In this document: in pieces, positions 44,696 through 51,190 of the stretch
How positions within the stretch are numbered: the first letter of the stretch is position 1
Layout of the letters: each line of letters opens with the position of its first letter
Assembly: GCA_036770065.1 (NCBI GenBank)
Contig: DAIPJX010000001.1
Location: 1-51,190, forward strand
Source of the DNA: Planctomycetota bacterium
GTDB taxonomy: Bacteria; Planctomycetota; SZUA-567
Direction of reading: 5' to 3'
DNA: 51,190 bases
Notes under the pieces: model-generated
The model's input: only the letters and a program-made list of their open reading frames with translations
Database searches by the model: none
What the model was told of the DNA's origin: nothing
Made by a program: the position numbers and the translations under genes

Positions 44696-46042
44696 TCATT
44701 CGAAATGTTCGTCCCTCACCAGACTGTCGTAATCCTGGCGTTCACGAATCACCATCGCCGTATCGCCGTCCACCATGATTTCAGCCGGCATGAGGCGGGA
44801 ATTATAGTTGCCCGCCATGGTCGAACCATACGCCCCGGCGGAAAACAACGCCAACACCTGCCCCCGCTGCAACAAAGGAAGGCGACGGCCCTTGGCAAAG
44901 CAATCGGATGACTCGCAAATCGGACCGACGACATCGGTCATGACAAAACCATGTTCATCGACCTCCCGCGAATACGAAACGCTCGCCAGCTCCGATTCCT
45001 CGCGGGAGAAATACGAGGAAGCGTCGGGGGAATTAAACAAATGCGACGGCGGCAAACCGTCATACCGCGTCGGCCACACAAAATGATAGGCGTCATACAT
45101 GGCCGGACGAATCAGATCGTTCATCCCCGCATCCACAATAGTGAAGTGGCGAGCGCCGTTGTCTTTTGCGTACAACACGCGCGTCAAAAGAATCGCGGCA
45201 TTGCCGACGATGGAACGCCCCGGCTCGATAATCAGCCTCGAACCGCAACTCTTCACATGCGGGACAATCGCGGCCGCATACTCCTCGAACGTCGGAACCG
45301 TCTGGTTCCGGTACAGCAACCCAAACCCGCCGCCCACATTCAAATACTCAAACTGCGCGCGAACCGAACGGTGCTCCCTGATGAAACGCGCAACCTTCCC
45401 AAGCGCCTCCGCATACGGCGCAGTGGAATAAATGGGCGAACCAAGATGCAAATCAAGCCCAAGAAGACGAATGTTCGGCTGCTCGGCGATGTTGCGGACT
45501 ATGCGCGAAGCCGTGGCGAAATCGATGCCGAACTTGTTTTCCTTTTTCCCCGTCGTCGTCTTGGCATGGGTGTGCGCGTCCGTGTCGGGATTGAGGCGAA
45601 GCGCGACCGGCGCGACCATCCCCATGCCGGCGGCAATGGACTGAATAACGTCCAGCTCCGCCTCCGACTCGACATTGAACATGAGAATATCGTTGGACAA
45701 CGCCTGACGAATTTCGTTGTCGGTCTTGCCGACGCCCGCGAACACAATCTTCCTCGGGTCGGCCTTGACCTTCATGGCGCGAAACAATTCGCCCCCGGAA
45801 ACAATGTCGAAACCGGCGCCGGCGTCGCGCAACACCTTCAATACGCCAAGCGAACTGCACGACTTGACCGAAAAGGCAATCGTGGCCGGAATATCCGAAA
45901 ACGCCTTTTGCACCCGCTTGAACGTGTTGAAAATCGTCTTTTTGGAATAAACGTACAGTGGCGTGCCGTACCGTTCCGCCAACGTATCGACGGGAATATC
46001 CTCGCAAAACAACTGTCCCGACTTGTACGTGAAATGCTCCAT
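44696..46042 (-). CDS. lysA: Diaminopimelate decarboxylase
   Basis: GTPLYVYS..., AFSVKSCS (PLP Lys), ...GGGFG..., ...PICESSD..., SAGAYG. Confidence 0.9.
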   Translation of the reverse strand: MEHFTYKSGQLFCEDIPVDTLAERYGTPLYVYSKKTIFNTFKRVQKAFSDIPATIAFSVKSCSSLGVLKVLRDAGAGFDIVSGGELFRAMKVKADPRKIVFAGVGKTDNEIRQALSNDILMFNVESEAELDVIQSIAAGMGMVAPVALRLNPDTDAHTHAKTTTGKKENKFGIDFATASRIVRNIAEQPNIRLLGLDLHLGSPIYSTAPYAEALGKVARFIREHRSVRAQFEYLNVGGGFGLLYRNQTVPTFEEYAAAIVPHVKSCGSRLIIEPGRSIVGNAAILLTRVLYAKDNGARHFTIVDAGMNDLIRPAMYDAYHFVWPTRYDGLPPSHLFNSPDASSYFSREESELASVSYSREVDEHGFVMTDVVGPICESSDCFAKGRRLPLLQRGQVLALFSAGAYGSTMAGNYNSRLMPAEIMVDGDTAMVIRERQDYDSLVRDEHFE

Positions 46043-46070
46043 TACTCACCCTTCGCTCTTCGCGGCGCGT

Positions 46071-46469
46071 CTATTCCGTTTTGCCGTACACCCGCTCCGG
46101 ATCGAACACCTTCACCCCATCCTCAACCAGCCCGTTCCCGGTCAGTTTGAAATGAAAACAGGAACGCATCCCCGTATGACAGGCCGAACCGCCGTTTTGT
46201 TTGATTTTGACGAGAACGCAGTCCTTGTCGCAATCGAAACGCATTTCCTTCACTTCCTGCGTGTTGCCGCTCGACTCGCCCTTGACCCAAAATTTCTGGC
46301 GGCTGCGGCTCCAATAGGACGCCAACCCCTTTTCAATCGTCTGCTTCAAGCTGTCCTTGTTCATATACGCAACCATCAGAACCTCGCCTGTCTCCGCATC
46401 CTGCGCCACGCACGGAATAAGACCATTCTGATCATATTTCAATGTGTCCAGAAACGAAAAATCCACCAT
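46071..46469 (-). CDS. hisI: Phosphoribosyl-AMP cyclohydrolase (monofunctional HisI)
   Basis: GLIPCVAQDAETGEVLMVAYMN...YWSRSRQKFWVKGESSGN...DCDKD...CHTG. The start is at an internal Met preceded by GGAGGCGA. Confidence 0.9.
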   Translation of the reverse strand: MVDFSFLDTLKYDQNGLIPCVAQDAETGEVLMVAYMNKDSLKQTIEKGLASYWSRSRQKFWVKGESSGNTQEVKEMRFDCDKDCVLVKIKQNGGSACHTGMRSCFHFKLTGNGLVEDGVKVFDPERVYGKTE

Positions 46470-46625
46470 GTCGCCTCCAATTCCAACCAAACCAGTCGAC
46501 AGCACCCACGCTCCCGCCCGAAACGCGTCACGACGGCAATGCAAATTCATACGTTAAATGAAAAGCCCCCTGTTCGCAAGCACAAAACAGCAACCATATT
46601 CCGGTCTTTGCGGAAAAACGGACTT

Positions 46626-47240
46626 TCAACCGAAACTATTCTCCCGCATATACGCGATACACTTTGTCATTCCACGAGCGCGGTGACTCACCATATTTTT
46701 CTCTTCCGCCCCGGCTTCCGCGAACGTAACGCCGAGATCGTCGGACAAAAACAACGGATCATACCCGAAACCGCCCTCCCCCTTCTCCTCCCGGAGAATG
46801 CGGCCCGTCGTCTCGCCCATAAACGTCACCGTCGCCTTGCCGGGAACCGACAACGCAATAACCGAAACAAACCGGGCCGTCCGCGCCTCATCGGGAACAT
46901 CCCGAAGATTCCGGAGCAACAACCGGTTGTTCGCCGCGTCGCCGGCCTTTTCACCCGCATACCGGGCGGAACGAACACCCGGCTCGCCGGAAAGCGCGTC
47001 CACAATCAACCCCGAGTCGTCCGCCAACGAAGCCATGCCTGTCGCGAGAAGCGCGGCCTCGGCCTTGATAATCGCGTTCTCCGCAAACGTCATCCCCGTT
47101 TCCTCCGGCTCCGGCGCGGAACTGACGTCGCCAACGCTCACAACGCGCAAACCAAGCGGCCGGACAAGAACATCCAGTTCGGCCAGCTTTTTCCGGTTAT
47201 GACTCGCCAAAACCAAAATACCCGAAGATGGATTTTCCAT
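46626..47240 (-). CDS. rdgB: dITP/XTP pyrophosphatase (RdgB/Ham1 family)
   Basis: LVLASHNRKKLAEL..., ...EETGMTFAENA..., ...DDSGL..., GFGYDPLF. Confidence 0.9.
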   Translation of the reverse strand: MENPSSGILVLASHNRKKLAELDVLVRPLGLRVVSVGDVSSAPEPEETGMTFAENAIIKAEAALLATGMASLADDSGLIVDALSGEPGVRSARYAGEKAGDAANNRLLLRNLRDVPDEARTARFVSVIALSVPGKATVTFMGETTGRILREEKGEGGFGYDPLFLSDDLGVTFAEAGAEEKNMVSHRARGMTKCIAYMRENSFG

Positions 47241-47245
47241 TCAGC

Positions 47246-49036
47246 CTACTCCATGGCGATTGATTCGGTAATGCCCAAAGCGCCCGCGAGACGCGACAGG
47301 CTCTGCCACGAAACGTCACCCGAGAAATGCCAGCCAAACCGCTCTCTCCCGCCAATTATCGTCCACGCGCCCATAAAACCATAGCCAAGCATTTCCCGGG
47401 CAAGCTGGGCGGAAAGCGGTTCGTTCTGATCCGGCGAACGCGGACGCCAATCCGCCATCTCTATCAAAGCCATTTGCACAAAACGGACTGGATCCATTAT
47501 CCCCATGAACGAAGCGCCGCCCGAGGGCAACCTGACAAACGCCTGCCGCAAAAACGGACCGCCGTCACCGGTAGAAAACGCCGCCTCCCGCGCCACTTCG
47601 GCCCGATAGCGAAGAAGCTCGTCCTGCCCGGACAAGTCGTCCCTGCTGCCGCCGACAGCCAGCGCGATACGCCCGCCGTTTTTATGCATCGCGAGAGAGG
47701 CATGATAATACGGCGTCCTCCGCTCGCCCGAATCGGCGGGGAAAATGCGCACCTCCGCCGTTCCCCCGACATCGGGAGAGGTCTCGACCTCCACCGTCCA
47801 GCCTATCCGGGACAACGACTGCGACGCCACCGTCCCCGGCTTCAACAACTCCCGCGCCATCGTCCACGCGGCATCGAGATACTCCGGCGAAAGCCACTCT
47901 CCGACCAAAAGACGCGTTACACCCAACTGCGGCCTGCCGGGCGGCGGCGGCACCCAGGCAACCGACATCTGCGCCGGCTGACTTTGCTTCAACAATGAAA
48001 GCAGCTCAGACCCGACACGACGCGCCTCCGTCGTCATGACTCCGCCCGCGCCGTCGACAAACAGCCTGGCGACGTTTTCGCCAAACACATCCACCGCCTC
48101 CGAATCCACCGGAACGGCAAAGGCAAGCGCGGACCTGTCCGGCAACGAACGAAACGTGGAAAGCTGAGACACCGTTCCCAACCCTCCGCCGCCGTCCACC
48201 CTCACCCGCCATTCAATGCCCTTCTCTTCCAGCCATACGTTCAGGGTGACGCGCTCGAAACGGCGGGGCCATAACGCAAACTGCTCCGTCACTTCGCCCA
48301 TCAACCGAACGCGGGCCGGACTCGGTTGCCAGTATTGGACCAAATCTCCCATCAACGTTTCCAAAACGTCACGCCACCAATATCGTCCCGGTTCGCTGTC
48401 CTGCCAGGCGGTGATTGCACCGGGGTCGATGGAGAGCATCGCATCAGGCCGGGTGTATTCGCCGTTATGGCCGGCAAGCAGGCCGTGAGCCGCGCTGTTC
48501 TCCGCATAAATGCGGCGGCATGCGGCAACCGCCGCGCTGTCCTTGCCAAACACCGCTATATTGCCCGGCAACCATTCCAGATGCCAAACGCTGAAGTTGC
48601 CGTCCTCGTCCATCTCGCGAAGAACCGTGACGCCGTCCATGCCCTCGTATTCGGTCAACCCCTGGTTCGCCAATTGCGTCATGTATTCATCGCGGCTATC
48701 GACGGGAAAAACCCAGAGCGTCCGCACCGAGCCAGGCCTGACAGGGGCAAGAATCACAACCTCCATCCAAGCCTCGAATATCAGCCCGTAAAAAGTCGGG
48801 TTGCGGATAATCGGGCCAACCAGCGTCTTGAGCGGAGGCGGAAAACGGCCGTCGTTGCGAATACCCTTCAAAAAAACGGCCAGCGGGCCGTCCTCGGCGT
48901 CGATAAGCTCGACATTGCCGAAACGGGCAATCGCCAGCGGCTGCCATTCATTGCCCGCGTCCAGCGCCCGCGCCGGACCGATACCGCACACAACGAAAAA
49001 AACGGCGAGAATAAAAAAAAGAAGGCAACGCTTCAC
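47246..49036 (-). CDS. Hypothetical secreted protein (596 aa)
   Basis: Signal peptide MKRCLLFFILAVFFVVCGIGPARA. The GTG start overlaps the upstream stop (GTGA). No family recognised. Confidence 0.6.
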   Translation of the reverse strand: MKRCLLFFILAVFFVVCGIGPARALDAGNEWQPLAIARFGNVELIDAEDGPLAVFLKGIRNDGRFPPPLKTLVGPIIRNPTFYGLIFEAWMEVVILAPVRPGSVRTLWVFPVDSRDEYMTQLANQGLTEYEGMDGVTVLREMDEDGNFSVWHLEWLPGNIAVFGKDSAAVAACRRIYAENSAAHGLLAGHNGEYTRPDAMLSIDPGAITAWQDSEPGRYWWRDVLETLMGDLVQYWQPSPARVRLMGEVTEQFALWPRRFERVTLNVWLEEKGIEWRVRVDGGGGLGTVSQLSTFRSLPDRSALAFAVPVDSEAVDVFGENVARLFVDGAGGVMTTEARRVGSELLSLLKQSQPAQMSVAWVPPPPGRPQLGVTRLLVGEWLSPEYLDAAWTMARELLKPGTVASQSLSRIGWTVEVETSPDVGGTAEVRIFPADSGERRTPYYHASLAMHKNGGRIALAVGGSRDDLSGQDELLRYRAEVAREAAFSTGDGGPFLRQAFVRLPSGGASFMGIMDPVRFVQMALIEMADWRPRSPDQNEPLSAQLAREMLGYGFMGAWTIIGGRERFGWHFSGDVSWQSLSRLAGALGITESIAME

Positions 49037-51042
49037 GGTTCCAGCCCTCCGTCCCCGTCAAGCGCGGCGCGAAGCCGGCGGGCGTCGTCGAGAAAAGGAA
49101 AGCTGAAAACAACGTTCCCGTCCTCCGCCACGGAAAACAAAACGCGCAAACCCTGCGTCTCGCCGGCAATCGTCCGCAGCGCGTGGCCAAGCAGGGGATT
49201 CGCCTCCATCGTCGCGTCAATCAGGGCCGAATCGCCCGCAATGTGGATTTCGCCTTCCACCATGCCATCCGGGTACACTTCGACAAGGCCGGTCGCCTGA
49301 CCGGTCACATCGCCGTACACGCGAAACTCGACAAACATTGCGCCGTCCCCGCCCTTTTCCATAACCACGGACAACTGCTCAACCGGAATCGACGCCTTTT
49401 CCGAGAGAGCACGGAGCGACGCCGCGTCACCACCGCCCCATTCGGGCAACGCCCCGACAACGGCATTGGGAATGCCGGCAAGCCCCCGCCACCAAGCTCC
49501 GCTCGCCGCCGTATCCAGAACAGGCTGGGCAAACACCAGCCCAACGCCCCATTCATCCACGCCGCCAGCGCTGTCAAGCACGCCGCGCCAACTCATATTG
49601 GCGCTTCCGCCTGACATTCTCAGAGGGAACCCGCCAGGAATCCATTGCGACAATTTTTGCACCAACTGGGACGCATCCAGGCGTTCGGCCGCGACAATAA
49701 CGGGAGAACCCGGCTGATCGGGCGACATGGCAATACGTACGCGCCCGCCCATCAGGCCCGCCTCGCCCGTCAGATTGAGGCCCGCAACCGTCCTGATCAG
49801 CCGCAAATGCATGTCCGTTCCGGACCAGCCGAACCCCAGCCAGCGCCCCGCGCGCCACTCAACCGAGGAAAACGTTCTGGATACCCAGTCGGGCCAGCGC
49901 GAGTAACTGGTAAATATGGCGGGCATATCGTCAAGCGACGCGACATCGCCCTGCATCGTCATGGACTGCGGCCTGCCCTCCCCGTCCAGCTTCATATTGA
50001 TGGCGAACGCGCCGAAACCGGGAGGACCAAGCCGAATCGTCGCGGACAAACCGGCTTTCATCGGACCGACCGGCCAATCAACCCGAACGAGCGACTGCCT
50101 CGGCAAACCGAACACGGCCAGCGGAACATCGTGGAGTTCGCCCTCGACAATTACTTTTCCCTCCGCCTCGGAACTCTCCGCCAGACGAACAAATCCGCTC
50201 ACCGCGCCGCCCACCGTGTCCAGCGGAATGCCGGGAAAAAGAAACGACACCATACGGGCGGGAATATTCTCGAAAGCGCCGCCGCAATATCCGGGAACAA
50301 AACGGGGGGATTCCCCGGGAGCCGCGCCCGGATGCGCCACTATCGTCGCCGGACCCAAAACGCCCTCCGCCTTTTCATCGGCTCCAGCCATCCCGAACGT
50401 GAACGGCAACCGCTCGACATTCAGGGACACCCTGTCGCTGTCGCGCGTTCCACTCAACGTACCGCTCAAGGCAACGGCGGCTTCGTACCGGCGGCGGCGG
50501 ACCAAAAGCGTTCCGTCGGCAATCCTGGCTTCCCATTCCTTGATGCGGGGCACGGGAAACGGAAACGACGAATCACCGGCGGCAAGCGGGTTCATCAGTC
50601 CTTCGCTCGACCACTCGCCGGATTCGTTTTCCTCGAAAATCAACCGCATTCTTTCCGCGACCACAGTCAATTTTCCCGGCCACAAATGGAAAACGGACCA
50701 CGGGGGAGCATAGGCGGAAAGGCCGCTCACGCGAGCGAATTTACTGGAAAAAAGCGGATTCGGATGTTCAACCTCGATAATGGGAAGGGATATTCGCGAG
50801 CGACGGAGGAGGTTGATCCGGACCGCGATGTCGGCAAGCAGGCCGACGTCGGCGTTCAGCTTCTCGTCCAGCCAGCTTTGCATGGCATGCCGCTTGTTCT
50901 GCGACATGTACGATCGCTGCGCCAGCCACGTCGCCAGCCAAAGAACGCCCACAATGAATACAACCGCAACGCCACACCGCACGAGAAAGCGTGACGAAAA
51001 ACGAAAGCGCCGCTCTCTCCGTGTTTTTTCTTTCATCGGCAT
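49033..51042 (-). CDS. Hypothetical N-terminally membrane-anchored large protein (AsmA-like architecture, tentative)
   Basis: Basic N-terminus followed by one TM helix (CGVAVVFIVGVLWLATWLA), then ~620 aa that are predicted extracytoplasmic. The AsmA similarity rests on architecture only. Confidence 0.5.
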   Translation of the reverse strand: MPMKEKTRRERRFRFSSRFLVRCGVAVVFIVGVLWLATWLAQRSYMSQNKRHAMQSWLDEKLNADVGLLADIAVRINLLRRSRISLPIIEVEHPNPLFSSKFARVSGLSAYAPPWSVFHLWPGKLTVVAERMRLIFEENESGEWSSEGLMNPLAAGDSSFPFPVPRIKEWEARIADGTLLVRRRRYEAAVALSGTLSGTRDSDRVSLNVERLPFTFGMAGADEKAEGVLGPATIVAHPGAAPGESPRFVPGYCGGAFENIPARMVSFLFPGIPLDTVGGAVSGFVRLAESSEAEGKVIVEGELHDVPLAVFGLPRQSLVRVDWPVGPMKAGLSATIRLGPPGFGAFAINMKLDGEGRPQSMTMQGDVASLDDMPAIFTSYSRWPDWVSRTFSSVEWRAGRWLGFGWSGTDMHLRLIRTVAGLNLTGEAGLMGGRVRIAMSPDQPGSPVIVAAERLDASQLVQKLSQWIPGGFPLRMSGGSANMSWRGVLDSAGGVDEWGVGLVFAQPVLDTAASGAWWRGLAGIPNAVVGALPEWGGGDAASLRALSEKASIPVEQLSVVMEKGGDGAMFVEFRVYGDVTGQATGLVEVYPDGMVEGEIHIAGDSALIDATMEANPLLGHALRTIAGETQGLRVLFSVAEDGNVVFSFPFLDDARRLRAALDGDGGLEP

Positions 51043-51160
51043 TCCAAAAAAGAGCCTCGGATCAACTCACACCGTAACGACCAAATATTCCACTATTTCC
51101 CCCCCCCTGTCAATGGCGGATTTCCCGTCTCTTCTCCATACAGGCAGAGCGAATGGATAT

Positions 51161-51190
51161 AAAAAAAAGCCCAACGCGCATGCGGCGTTG
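51161..51190 (-). terminator. Probable intrinsic terminator of a gene beyond the right window edge (truncated)
   Basis: On the minus strand: CAACGC...GCGTTG hairpin followed by GGC and T8. The stem may extend past the window end. Confidence 0.4.

Noticed and set aside
1-51190. Searched for CRISPR arrays, IS elements or transposases, integrases, prophage genes, toxin-antitoxin pairs and known defence-system genes.
   Set aside because: I saw no regularly spaced direct repeats, no terminal inverted repeats flanking an ORF, and no recombinase, RT, nuclease or ATPase signatures of defence systems. The two tRNA-Asp genes have no adjacent integrase or att-like duplication.

Overview
This is a 51.2-kb, GC-rich (roughly 55-60% by eye, not computed), tightly packed bacterial chromosomal segment. 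Gene content is core housekeeping, and I cannot assign a phylum from sequence alone. I support about 42 protein-coding genes, two tandem tRNA-Asp(GTC) genes, and a set of sigma70-like promoters and intrinsic terminators. I see no rRNA, CRISPR array, transposase, integrase or phage genes.

Recognisable genes, in order:
- LysM/coiled-coil membrane protein, NUDIX hydrolase, hrpA
- nrdR-nrdD-nrdG, followed by a tandem-domain hypothetical and an AmmeMemoRadiSam-type radical SAM enzyme
- smc, dksA-like, lspA, icd, radC, lepA
- Ldh_2 oxidoreductase, tctCBA
- class II DAHP synthase, aroA, tyrA
- gpmI, nitroreductase
- acyl-CoA synthetase with an XRE-cupin regulator, FAH-family hydrolase, flavodoxin-like protein
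- HIT protein, ThiF/MoeB, larE
- a GalE-GAF-GGDEF fusion, lysA, hisI, rdgB
- two large secreted or membrane hypotheticals

Observations most worth a second look:
1. A 25-codon Tyr/Phe-rich leader ORF with terminator and antiterminator alternatives sits just upstream of tyrA. It looks like a ribosome-mediated attenuator.
2. aroA lies antisense between tyrA and DAHP synthase, with no intergenic space at either end.
3. The NrdD homolog has Glu where the glycyl-radical Gly should be (RRIDET instead of RVxGY). It is still translationally coupled to an NrdG activase and is followed by a second radical SAM gene.
4. An apparently intact UDP-glucose 4-epimerase is fused to GAF and GGDEF domains in a single ORF.
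5. A ThiF/MoeB-like E1 is ATGA-coupled to a three-Cys LarE.
6. An orphan minus-strand terminator is preceded by a C/U-rich tract, which may mark an sRNA.
7. A ~66-71-nt intergenic element occurs twice.

All functional calls rest on motif recognition by eye. No database search was run.
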